From Moniliella sp. 'wahieum' (lineage: Eukaryota): a stretch of DNA of 64,000 nucleotides. Location: the NCBI GenBank assembly GCA_003971905.1, contig RSEE01000031.1, positions 124,001 through 188,000 of the forward strand, written 5' to 3'. The position numbers and the translations under genes are program-made. The notes under the pieces were generated by a model that saw only the letters and a program-made list of their open reading frames with translations, ran no database searches and was not told where the DNA came from. How positions within the stretch are numbered: the first letter of the stretch is position 1; every line of letters begins with the position of its first letter. Positions 51,815-63,745 of the stretch are shown in pieces.

Positions 51815-52879
51815 ATGTCACCCATGCTCCCTCGTGCTCCTGAAGGAACGCCGTTCCAGGACACGTTCAACCTCCTTGTGTTGGGCGAGTCGGGTACGTT
51901 CCTCTACCCTGTCCTGTCCCCACTAACTACTTGGGGACTGACGTTGAGATGACTCGCAATCATGACCGTGTACGTTTCCCGGGGCAAAAAAGGCGTGGGC
52001 AAGACGTGCCTCGTGACGCAGTACATGACGCCCGGCACGTTCACTCTCGAACGCCCGCTTTCCTTCTGCAAGGTGCCCGTCGACATCTCCTCCATGCTGC
52101 TCACGCCCAACGAGCGGACCTACCGAGTGAACATTGTAGGTCGGTGCTCCTGCTCTCCGTGCGGAAAATACGACTGACCTAATGGGTCCCTTCCATCTGC
52201 AGACGGCCACCGCAGGCGACGGATCGTTTGGCGGATGACAGAAGTGTACCTGCGCGGGGCGATGGGTGTGGTGGTAGTGTACGACGTATCGGACCGCAGC
52301 TCGTTCGATGGCGTGCAGCACTGGATCGAAGAAGTGGGGGAGTATGCAACACAAGGTGTACCGCTACTCCTGGTGGCCAACAAGCGGACGATGCCACGCC
52401 GTTTCCTCGTGAGGTGAGTCGGGATGAAGGCGAAGCGTGTGCCCGCGCGATGGGCGCGCAGTATATGGAAACGTCCGCTATGACGGGACAAGGGGTGGTG
52501 GAAGCGCTGGACTGGCTGGTGCGCAGCATGCTCGACACGGTGGTGGATAACCCGGCGTTTGAGCAGGCCGCAGGCATGCGGCTACCTTTCGTGCCTTGGG
52601 CTGGCCGGGGATGAAGATGAGGACGAGGATGAGGAAAGCTCGTATGAGTCGGACCCAGATGAGGAGGAGGAAGCCAACTTGACCCCAGATGAGGGGAGCG
52701 GGAACCACCAAGCCGCGCCTCCGTCCGTCTTGGGCAACGCAACCCCGCTTGCATCCGTCACCGTTTTGCCTGAAACGTCGCACCCGGCGACCAAAACGCT
52801 GTCTCGCCACCCTTCTGTGATGGGTCTGGATGTGCCTCAACCGGGCCAGGAGCAAAAGTGGCTCATGACGACTAGCTAA
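51815..52879 (+). CDS. Atypical Rab-like small GTPase with an acidic C-terminal extension
   Basis: G1 GESGVGKT across intron 51894-51992, YLRGAMGVVVVYDVSDRSSF, G4 NK(A)D and G5 ETSA. Second intron 52136-52202. Confidence 0.88.
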
Positions 52880-53125
52880 CGGCGTTTTCCTTGCGCCGTC
52901 GCATCTGTTGCTCCTGCTTGTTGCCTAGCTTCCGACCCGTCATTTTACACTCACGACCTAGTCCCCCTCTCGGTACGGGGACTGTTACGAACATTGTCTT
53001 CTACATCCCATCGATTCCGTGGCATGGCTTTTCTCGCTCCTCTGTACCCAACCACCCTATAGAGTGCAAGGAAAAACCAAGGGGATCTCAGGGAGATAGA
53101 TGAGATGTCTCGATCTGGGACCATC

Positions 53126-55085
53126 TTATTGCTCGTCGTAGGCTAACGCCTCTTGCGCCCGCCTTACTAACCGTGCGGGGCCCAAGAGGGCTAATAAGGT
53201 TGGCAACGGAGGCCCAGCCTAAGAAAAACACACAAGAGTCAGTACACCGTTTTTGCCCCCGCACGACTAGGAAGGAAATCAAAACCCACTTTTTCGCCTA
53301 TGGCCGCATGACGCAAACTGCGCATCAAGACGCCCTTGAGTTTTTTGCGTTCCTTGGACGAGCTGGGCGCCAAAAGCGACACAATTGGCCGCCAAGTCCG
53401 TCATGCCCTGCTGGTCCACCGTTGCGTCGGGCGGGAGGGAGGCAAAGACCTGGTGGGCTTGGTGCAAGACCCGACGGTACAGTTCCGCGTCAATCTCTGC
53501 TCGGAACGATTGTGCGTCAGCGCTGGTCCAGTCGGGTCCACCGAATAGGATGGCAGCTTTGGCGGCTGCTTCAGGCAAGGTGTGACTGCGTTCCTGTGGT
53601 ACAAAAGCAAAAGGGGGTTAGAGGGGCTGTGGGGGGCTGGGGGAAGGAGAAGGACGGGGCCTGGGGCAAAAAGAAGGGAGACGTACAATAAACGCCAATG
53701 TGATCTCTCGGATCCGTTCGTCCGTCTTGTCGGATGGGCTGGGTGACAAGAAAAAGAGGATAGGGATAGGTGAGCCACACGAACTGAGAAAGAAAAAAGA
53801 AAATGGGAAACGGAAAAGGAAAAGGACACATACACCAAATCGGTACCGCACGCTTGTTCTAAGAATTTTCTGGCTCGTGGGATGATCGTAGCATACTCAG
53901 CAGCCCATCCTTTCCCCCGGGGCAAGGAGGAGAGCAAAGCGGATATGAGCGCGATTGAGAAAATTGAGTTTGACAGGGTCGGGGGAGGAAACGGTGGAGC
54001 TGATGCGAGACAGATCAAACGCGTTCTCCAGCTCGGGCAAGTAAAACAACCTCCTCGCCGGGCCAGCATCGGGATCGGGATGGGATCGAAGGTCTCCTTG
54101 GCTGTAGGAGTAATCGGGACGTAGCTCGGGGCAGTAGAGTCGACTTTGGTCTTGTGGTTGTAGCCGAGCAAAGCAACAAAGTTGATCAGCGCCGCGGGCT
54201 CGTACCCGCGCTCAATGTACGACTCGACACTGGCGTCGCCATGCCGTTTGCTCAGTTTGCGTCCGTCGGCAGTCATGAGGAGAGGCAGGTGAGCAAAGAA
54301 AGGTGGGGGGTACCCCAATGCATCGTACAGTCGCAGGTGGGTGGGGAGCGAGGGGATCCACTCTTCGCCGCGGAGAACATGCGTATGCCCATAGCATGGT
54401 CGTCCACGACACTGGCTAAATGGTAGGTGGGGAACCCATCCCGCTTCAACAACACCACATCCCCCTCGCGATCAAACTCAACGTCGGAGCTGAACCGCAA
54501 GTGGCCGTAAATCAAATCGTCGTACGTCACGTCCTCGGCCTTGTCGGGTCGGAAGAGGCGGATGGTGTGCGGAGTGCCAGCCTCAACGAGCTTTGTGGCC
54601 TCTTCCAACGCAAGGGGCGTGTACGCGCCGCTGGAAGCCGAGGCGGATTCAGAGGGCGGACGGAAATCGTAATAGGCCTTTCCTTTGCGCACCAGCTCGA
54701 GTGCAGCAGCCTGGTAGAGCGGCAGGCGTTCCGACTGGAAGTAGGGTCCTACCTGCAGCGGATCCTGCTCGGCAGGCACCCAGGGTGCCGCGTCGGGTCG
54801 AAGCCCAGCCCACTCGAGCGTGCGCGCCAGCGACTCGACGGCACCGGGTGCAAGACGAGTACGGTCCGTATCTTCAACGCGGATGAGCCACGCGCCCTTC
54901 TGACTTTTGGCCAGATGGTTGACCAACGCGGTGCGCAGACCACCGAGGTGAAGGGAGCCGGTGGGACTGGGCGCGAAGCGCACCCGCACCGACGCCCTCA
55001 GAGAAGAGGTGGAGAGCAGCCGCACGCCCAGCACGCGTCCCCGTAGCCTCAGGGTGGGCCGAATGGCGGGAAAGGCACTGAGCAT
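53126..55085 (-). CDS. MSE1: Mitochondrial glutamyl-tRNA synthetase
   Basis: Presequence followed by [46 protein letters not shown] and KLSKRHGD. Confidence 0.95.
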
Positions 55086-55626
55086 GGCCAGTGGTGGTAG
55101 CCAGGCAGCTACGGCTACGGCTGCCACCCGGCTCGGCTGGCTATTACTGGCGCCGGCCGTACTTTACTCATGAGCTTGCGGCCCAAGAAGACCAGATGTG
55201 ATTACCTGATTCTGTTTGGAAATTGCAGCCGCACGCACGAACGGCCGGATTAGTTTGTGCTGTTCTTGCTTTCGTTGGTTTCTGTGCTTTGGTCGAGAAT
55301 CCCAGCAAGGGCGGCAAGAGAAACGGGCATTGCTGCCAACAGCCACACGTCTAGGGCGCTCACACAATGAGACTGCACTGCCGCCCCCCCACCCCCCGGC
55401 GCCTAGCATAGCCGCCTTGGCATTGAAAACGTCTACAGTGTGACATCGGTCAAACGGCGGCGGAATGGATTAAACGGTGTCGGTGAAAGGACATTGGAGA
55501 CACAAACATGGTCAGGAACAATGAGAGGGTGATGGTAGGGGGATGAGAAAGGGAGAAAGGGAATGGAAGAGAAGATTCAAGAAAGCGTCTCGGACAGACC
55601 CTCACTCCATCCTCAAATCCAAACGA

Positions 55627-57222
55627 TTACTCGGACCATTGGATCGAGTCAAGATCAATGCCCTCCTGCACCATCTCCCACAGCGGGGACATGTCACGCA
55701 GCTTCTGCACCACGGCAACGATCTGGTCCGCGACATAGTCGACTTCCTCGGTGGTGGTAAAGCGGCCCATGCCAAACCGGAGGGAGGAGTGAGCATTCTC
55801 GTCGTTCAAGCCAAGCGCACGAAGGACGTAGGAAGGCTCGAGGGAAGCCGATGTGCACGCCGATCCCGACGACAGGCAGATGCGCTTGAGCGCCATGAGG
55901 AGCGACTCCCCCTCCACATACTGGAAGGTCAAGTTGACACAGCCGGGGTAGCCATGCTCGTCTCCGTTGAACAAGACGTGGGTCACCTTGCTCTCGATCC
56001 GCTCGCGCAGACGCTTGGACAGCGCCGTCACATGCGCATAATCGTATTCGCGTTCGGCTTTGGCCAGGCGGGCGGCCTCGCCCATTCCGGCCACCTGAGC
56101 CGGTGCCAGCGTGCCCGACCGCAGTCCGCGCTCTTGCCCGCCTCCCGAGATGATCGGAGTCAGACGCACCCTGGGTCGACGGCGGATGTAAATCCCCAAT
56201 GCCTTTGGGCCCATAAATCTTGTGCGACGACATGGACACCAAATCGGCCCCAATCTCATTGACGTCAAACGCAATCTTGCCCACTGCCTGGGCCGCGTCG
56301 GTGTGGAAAAGGGGTTTGCCACTCAGTCCCGCCCTCCTTGGCCAGCTGGGCTCCCTTGGTCTTGAGCAGCTGCCCAATCTCCTTCAGAGGCTGGATCACA
56401 CCAATCTCATTGTTGACCGACATGATCGACACCACTGCCGTGGTCGGACGGAGAGCATTCTCAAGGTCCTGCAGATGGATCATCCCGTTGCTCTGGACGG
56501 GAAGGTAGGTGACCTCGTACCCTTCCTCCTGCAGCGTACGGCAAGAATCCAGCACACACTTGTGCTCCGTCTGTACCGTGATGATGTGGTTCTTTTTCGC
56601 GCCATAAAAGTGAGCCGCACCTTTGAGCGCCAAGTTGTTCGACTCGGTCTCCGAGGTGAAAATAATTTCCTTGGCATCCGCGCCAATCAGAGCGCCCACG
56701 TGCTTGCGGGCGGTTTCGACGGCCTCCTCTGCTTCCCAGCCATAGGCATGCGTGCGGGAATGGGGGTTGCCGTACCGGTTGGTCAACAGAGGCAGCATGT
56801 GTCCAGCACACGTGGGTCGAGCGCTGTGGTGGCCTGCGAGTCGAGGTAGATGGGGCGCAGAGCAGTCTGGTGGGTAGGCCGCGCCTCGAGGATCTTCGGT
56901 CAAGAGATCTGAGATGGAACACAAGAGGTTAGGGCGCTGGGATGGGGGTGAGGGCGGGGAAGAGCAGAGCAGAGCAGGGAAAGACGTACTGCGGCCGCTG
57001 CTCTGGCTTGTGCCGCGAGGGGCGCGGGCACTGGACGTGGGGACATCGACGGGGACAGCTTGTGGGGCGTGGGCAGACGAGGTGAGCGAGAGGAAGAGCG
57101 ATGGCGCGGTGGATGGGAGCCAGGGCGGCGGCGGCGGGGCAAGCTGCGGAGGCAGGCGGGTGCGCCGGACGAGCTGGCAGGGAGGGTGCTGAGGGCGGCG
57201 CGCAGGGGGGGTACGCCGGCAT
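55627..57222 (-). CDS. NFS1: Mitochondrial cysteine desulfurase
   Basis: [82 protein letters not shown]. Confidence 0.98.
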
Positions 57223-57799
57223 GGCTGGGAGGGCGATGGGCAGAGCGGTGGGCGGGGTGCGATGGATGCGCCTCCGTGGCTGGCTGGGGGCAACCAGAGG
57301 CCGATGTTCGTGCGAAATGTCAGATGCGCCCTCGTCACGTGTCGTCTGCGTCCCAGCTGCTGCTGTCCACCCGCCGCACACTGGCGCTGCGCGGCCGCTG
57401 CGCTCTTCTGCGCCTGCCGGCTAGGGTTGCCGCCTTGTTACGTGACCGCCCCGCCTGGTGCGTGCATTTCAGCGGCGCCAATGGGAGCAACGCCACGTGA
57501 CCTTCCGTCCCGCCGCTCTCCTCACGTGACTGCATGCCCCCGAGAGCGCACACCATGGGTTCCGCTCCCCGTGGCGGAATGTGGCCAGGCGCGCCGGGCG
57601 AGTGTCGGGCAGTGTGGCAGTGGCCCAGCGAGCGTGGCTGGCGGGGCGGGGGTGCAAGCGCGTGGCCAAAGGCACCGCCCGCTGCCCTTGAAAACTCGCC
57701 TCGGGACAGCGAGCTGCTTGGTCCAACACCCTCCCTCGCTCCCTCGGCGTGCGCCACCCCACCTCCCCTCGTCCCTCTCCCCCTCTTCCTCTGAGTCCC

Positions 57800-59217
57800 A
57801 TGTCGGCTCCTCCCGGCACTGGCGGGCGCAGTGTGGCGCGCGTGTATGCCAACGCCAACCAGCGCTTTGGCCGCAACTGGTGGGACTACGACAATCTCAA
57901 CGTCCAGTGGGGCACCCAGGACAACTACGAGATCCTCCGCAAGGTCGGACGGGGCAAGTACTCGGAGGTATTTGAAGGTGTCAATGTTGGAGGTGTCCTC
58001 CCGCCTCAGGCGCCCATCCCGGCCCCACCCCCGACTCCACCTCTACCTCTACTTCGGCCTCGGACGCGCCCGCTCGGCTCCCTCCGCATCCCTCCGTTCT
58101 CCCGGCCCTGTCCCAGCCCCAGTCCAAACCAGATGTACCGGACAAGTGCATTATCAGGTCCTCAAGCCCGTCAAGAAAAAGAAATCAAGCGTGAGATCAA
58201 TTCTTCAAAACCTGGCAGGAGGACCCAATGTGGTTGGATTGCTGGACGTGGTACGCGACCCACAGGTACGTTTACGCAGTAGGGGGCGGTGGTCCACCTT
58301 TCTATTTGATCCCCCCTTTTTTTCTTTTGGCTGACGTTACCTCCTGTCCCTGTCCCCTTTTGTCTGCAGTCCAAGACGCCCTCGATCATCACTGAGTATG
58401 TCAACAATACGGACTTTAAGGTGCTATATCCGCGCCTGACCGACTTTGACGTGCGGTACTACCTCTTTGAGCTGCTCAAGGTACGCATGGCGAATCCTTG
58501 CCCTTCTCATTTTCTAGGATGGGTTGTCGTTTAGCTGACACTTTCTTTCTAGGCCCTGGACTTTTGCCATTCGCGCGGGATCATGCATCGAGACGTGAAG
58601 CCGCACAATGTGATGATTGACCACGAGAAGCGCAAACTGCGGCTGATTGACTGGGGGCTGGCTGAGTTTTACCATCCTTACACTGAGTACAATGTAAGGG
58701 TGGCGTCGCGCTATTTCAAGGGCCTGAGCTCCTGGTGGATTTCCAAGAGTACGACTACAGTTTGGACATGTGGTCGTTGGGGTGCATGTTTGCCTCGATG
58801 ATTTTCCGAAAGAACCGTTTTTCCATGGGCACGACAACTACGACCACTGGTCAAGATTTGCAAGTGCTGGGGACGGATGAACTGTATGTGTACTTGGACA
58901 AGTACAGATTGAGCTCGATACGCATTACGACGATATCTTGGGCCGATACCCGCGCAAACCGTGGGCTCGCTTTGTCACCCGACGGAACACCAGTTACATT
59001 TCCCCCGAAGCGCTCGACTTTTTGGACAAGTTGCTACGATACGACCACCAAGAACGGCTTACTGCCCAAAGCCCAAGCCCACCCGTACTTTGACCCGGTC
59101 CGGAAGGCCAAAGCAGAACCACAGCAGCCCGACGCACCGATGCCTAATCAGGGTTGCCCTCCTCGCTCTACCCTTCCCACTCCTTGTGTCTTGCTCCTTG
59201 TTCATCCGTTCTGCTAG
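57800..59217 (+). CDS. CKA1: Casein kinase 2 catalytic (alpha) subunit
   Basis: [56 protein letters not shown]. Introns at about 58266-58368 and 58481-58552. The true stop may be TAA at 59145 if there is a frameshift. Confidence 0.97.
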
Positions 59218-60777
59218 GTACTGATTCCCAGTGCTCTTGGTCGCACACATTGGCTACTTATCTCTGGCCTTTCCCCACTCCTCTCCCCTCTCTCCTTATC
59301 CCCTCTCCAAGGCTAGGTCTCCTCACTTTGTGTCTTTTCTTCCTTAGCCCTGTGGCTGTTGATGCATGCTCGATATTGTTGAGCACTTTCGCGGGAAATG
59401 TGTGAGCGAGACGAGAGAGAAGAAGCGAGTGTCGAAGCAGATGGACCAATGCGGGGGAGAGATCAATAGGGGGAGAAACACGATCCTTGGTCAGCCAGGC
59501 AGGCTCAGCAGGGCTCATTCAAGACCGCGGCTCTTCTCGTTGAGGGTGAGAGGCATGTGCGGGGAGGGTTATAATATGGTTGGCAACAAACGGGGGGTCA
59601 TCTGGGATCACGGCCACGCGCAGTCACGACAGACACGACTGATGGATATCTCAGACGAGATTGATGAATGTAATGACGGACACAGGGCACGTGTCCATCC
59701 ATAGTGTGTATCCCGGGCAGTTACCGGTTACCTCCTTCCCGACCCATTACTGCCAAACTGAACGAGGCCAGTCTCTCGAGACGCGTTTGCTTTTTTCGAA
59801 GGAGCAGGGGCTGCTCAGTTGGCGAAGAGCTGCCGAAAGCAGAGACACCGTGCTAACGGGGGTTCTGTTCGCCTGCCTGTGGCTCGGCATCGACTGTGGA
59901 CCAAACAGCACCTGCATCGTTGCACCATATCTCGATCGCTGCCGCTCGGTGGGTGGATGGGTGTCCCCGGTTGTCCCAACACGACAATGCCAGTCTGCGC
60001 GAACCCGAGGCGAGCCAGGCGAGCACAGGCAACCGACTTGCGGGTGCGGGAATCGAGTCCATCATTTACCGAGGGTCACCGGTCACGGTCACTACTTGAT
60101 CGATCCGCAGGGCAGATTGATATTGATTGGGGAAGCACGATAGGTGTGGAATATGCGCACGTGCACACTGCCCAGGTGCTGGGCTGGGATGGCTTGAAGC
60201 TTGATGACGCCATGCAGCGTAGCAAGCTGGCCGTCTCGGGCTAGCGCTAAGCGCGGAACGTCTGACGGCCTTTAGCTTGAACGCGTTACCGGCCCAGCCT
60301 GAGGCCTGAGCGCCTGAGCACCTGGTGCGCGTGAAGAAGGCATCGGACGTCGAACGGACGCAGTCACGCTGGCCAGCCGGCAGTGGTTCGCCGATCGTAT
60401 ATCACCCGCAGACGGTCGCCTTCCATCCCAACCACGCCCGCGTCTACCGCGGCTGCCCCCGGGATGGGGTGGGGTGGGGACGACGGGGACCGGGGACCTG
60501 CGATGGGTACGCCGGTGGGTTGCTAATGCGTGAATACAGAGTGTGAGTGCCGAGTGGGGATGCATGACGCGTGGTGCTGATGTGGGCTGGATGGCTCGTG
60601 CACCCTGGGTGCCCCGCCAGCCCAGAGCCGTCAAGGATCATCGATCACCCCCCAAGGAGACACCTCGATTCGGAATGTTTTGTATCTGGCCAACCCAACC
60701 CCTGCCGCTGTTGTCCCGATCCACCACCCCCACCGGACTCCGTTTCCTCTGTTCCCTACTTGTCTCCTGTAGTCACA

Positions 60778-61353
60778 ATGCCCCTCTTTGTCCTGTCTCC
60801 TGCCTCGCTCGCCCACTCGGCCCTGTTCGCTGGGTACTACTCCTACCTCACCGTCAAGGTCATTGGCCAGCGCGTCAAGACCGGGTACTACATTGGCGAG
60901 GGACAGGGCAACGAATCCGACTCGATCAAGCATGGTGGCAACGCCGTCAACACGACGGAGGACAAGCTTGCGCTGACCAAAGCTGTGCGTGCGCACGCCA
61001 ACTTTGTAGAGAACACCCCGCTGGCGTTTGGGTTTATTTTCCTGGCGGAACTCAATGGGGCCCCGACGGCGTTGGTGCACGGCGCGTACGCTACCCTCTT
61101 TGTCCTTCGTGTCCTTCAGGCCAACTTTGGGATCTTGACCCAGGCGCCGATGGGTTCGGGCGCCCGATTGGTACTCTGGGAACGGTGGCTCTCGCGGCGC
61201 TTGCTGGCCTGTACAATGTACGTTCCCGTTCCCGTTTCCGTTCCCGCTCCTGCTGTCGCCGGCCGACAGTGAAGGACCACGTACTGACGGTTACGTGCGA
61301 CTGTCTAGTTCAATTTGGGCTTTGAGCCTCTCAAGTCCTTCTTGGGCTTCTGA
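60778..61353 (+). CDS. MAPEG-family membrane protein (YecN-like)
   Basis: AVRAHANFVENTPLAFGFIFLAELNG...TLFVLRVLQ. Intron at about 61217-61308. Confidence 0.88.
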
Positions 61354-62234
61354 GTCGGAACGAAGGAGTTCTGTGTAGTCGTATGACTGAATCAATTGCC
61401 CCGGCTTATGGCCTGTAACGTATGCCGGTTGAGTTGGTCTTGCGTTTATGCTCGGTAAACGAAAGAGTGGAAAAGCTAAGCGAAGTTGTAGTCAAATTGC
61501 TTCGGATCGCGTCGCCAAACGATGGTGGGAACAAGTGTAGGAAGCATTTCACTCTCGTTTGTGCTCTGGCGCAGCGCAGGACGCGACGCCGTGATGCTGC
61601 GTCTTGTTATACGGCGGCGTATGAATCGGCCAACGGAAGTGGTTGCGCACACGGGGCCATGCCGCTCGGGTGGGGGAACAATTTGCATGTCGCCACCGTT
61701 GCCACCGCCCCGATAACGCGTTGGCCGCCATGGTCAGCCCATGCCACCAACGCTACGTGCCGCGGCACGGTTAACATCGACATGCATTGTAGAGCTGGAC
61801 AAAGGGCAGCGTGCGGTGCGGAAGGGAAAAAGCTCGCTACCCAGAAAAGCTTCGGTACATTGAACGAGCACAGTGGAGTGGCACACCCCATCCCCCAACC
61901 CATCGTCTCGCTTTGGGTTGCACCTCTTCTCTTGTCATACCTGCTTGAATGTTCCACTGACAACGCAAGAACGTTGACCATTTTCCCTCTTCCATAGGCT
62001 CTCTAACTAACGAACAGGATCGTCTATAGCTTATCAAAGCTCTCCTTGGCTGAGCGGTCTATATGCGCACCGAAGAGAAAGAGGAGCAGCCTGACGGATC
62101 CATACTCAAACGCAAACGTGGAGAAGTGGAGAGGGTGAAGGGGAAAGGGGGGGGGGATATGAACGAAATGGGAGAACCCTAGAGGACCTAGCCGCCCCAT
62201 TCTTCTCGTAAAGTAGGCTGGGCAAACACCGCAA

Positions 62235-63653
62235 TCAGACCCGAATCCGGTGCACGTCGCGGTCGTCCGTGACGCTGACGCCCGTGTCCGAGTGGAACGG
62301 CCGCTCGGCTGCCGGGGTGATGCGAGCACCATGACGACGGTCTTGACCGCGCGTGTCAGCGACCGGGGTGTGGGTAGTGATCCGGTTGTCCCACGCCACG
62401 ACTGCGCCCGGGCCCCAGCGCACCCGAACCTGCGCATCGACGGCATCCGCATTCAACTTGAACAGCGTGTTGAGCACCGAGTCGCTCTCTTCCCGTTTGA
62501 GAGACGGGATGCGTGGTAAACCCGTGGTTGACAAACAAGGCGCGTTCGCCCGTGACGGGGTGGGTGCGAACGACAGGATGAATGTGGGCGACAGGGGGGG
62601 CGCTTGACCACGGCCTTACCGGCCGCCTCAGAGACTTGGCTCTGCTCAAAGCCCGAGTGCTCAGCATAGAGTGTCTCGATAAACGCACGGTAGGCCGGCG
62701 AGAGACGCCGGAGCGTTTCGCGCTGGTCGGAGAACAGTGTGTCGCCGCCCGTTTGGGGTGTGTCAAAGAGGAAGAGGAACGTGGTGCCGGGCGGGTTGGC
62801 TTCAAACGATACATCGAGTGCCACACGGTCGGCACAAAGTCTTGCGTGTGCTCATAATTGTTGACTTCAATCCCGGGACTCTTGTAGACCAGGTGAAATT
62901 CATTGTGCCCCTTGGGCTGGCCACTGACTTGGTGCGCATGCAGACGAGGGCTAAAGTGCCTGCCAAACCGCTTGAATTCCTCAGGCCCTTGGTCGATAAA
63001 GTCTTGGTTGCCATGGAAGACGACCACGCCCCGCTGCGCAACGTACAGTCCCACTGGTCCAGTTCGTCCGGAGTAAGCTTGGTCAAGTCGACGCCTTGCA
63101 CGCTCGACCCAAACCGGGGCGTCAAGTCGTCCACCTCCGCATTATCGAGGAACGAGAGCGGGTTGGCATGCTGCAACGCACGGTGGCCTACATCGACGCT
63201 AAAAAGAAGGCGAAACAATTTAACTGTCAGAACCCACAGTGGAGCACACGAGAAAGGACACGGAGGATCAACATACTGCTCCAAAGGCTCCAGGTGGGGG
63301 TCCTTGAAAAGCTTGTGCTTGTACCGCTCGTCAAACCAGGGCAGTGCCCACTTGTACTTGTAGTCGTCTCCAACGGCATCCAGGTCCAGGGGGGGCTTCT
63401 CCTGCGCAATCTTGCCCAAGCGCTCAAGTTCAGCGTGGTAGGCCGCACGCGACTCGGGCAACAACGAGTCCAGGTCAGGCAGGGGTGCCTTGGTGTCGGG
63501 GTACTTGGCGTGGGCCTCCTTGTCGGCCTGCGACGGACGGGGGGCGTTGGGCCCAGGCACGGGTGCAACGTAGTCAGGCAGAACAGCCTTCTTGACGGCA
63601 GCTACCGCGGGGGGTGCTTGAGTCGGTTGGGAAGCAACAGCGACGGGAGCCAT
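62235..63653 (-). CDS. TauD/JLP1-family Fe(II)/2-oxoglutarate-dependent sulfonate dioxygenase
   Basis: LYVAQRGVVVF, WHS(D)VSFE, GGDTLF, HPVVRTHPVTGERALFVN, WDNRITTH, RRHGARITP. Intron 63199-63276. Confidence 0.93.
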
Positions 63654-63737
63654 TATGGTGAGGGTGGGGGACAGAAAGGGCCAAGTGTGCGGGTGTGGGG
63701 ACAGAAGAAAAAGGCAGACGCATGGCGAATGGGAGGG

Positions 63738-63745
63738 TATTTATA
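63738..63745 (-). promoter_or_regulatory. TATA box of the TauD-family gene
   Basis: TATAAATA on the minus strand about 85 bp upstream of ATG 63653. Confidence 0.5.

Noticed and set aside
13447..57222. Calling the frameshifted genes pseudogenes
   Set aside because: Essential genes are affected equally and residue conservation is intact, which fits sequencing indels better.
60778..63653. MAPEG plus TauD as a secondary-metabolite or detoxification cluster
   Set aside because: No backbone enzyme or regulator in the window, and the neighbours are housekeeping genes.
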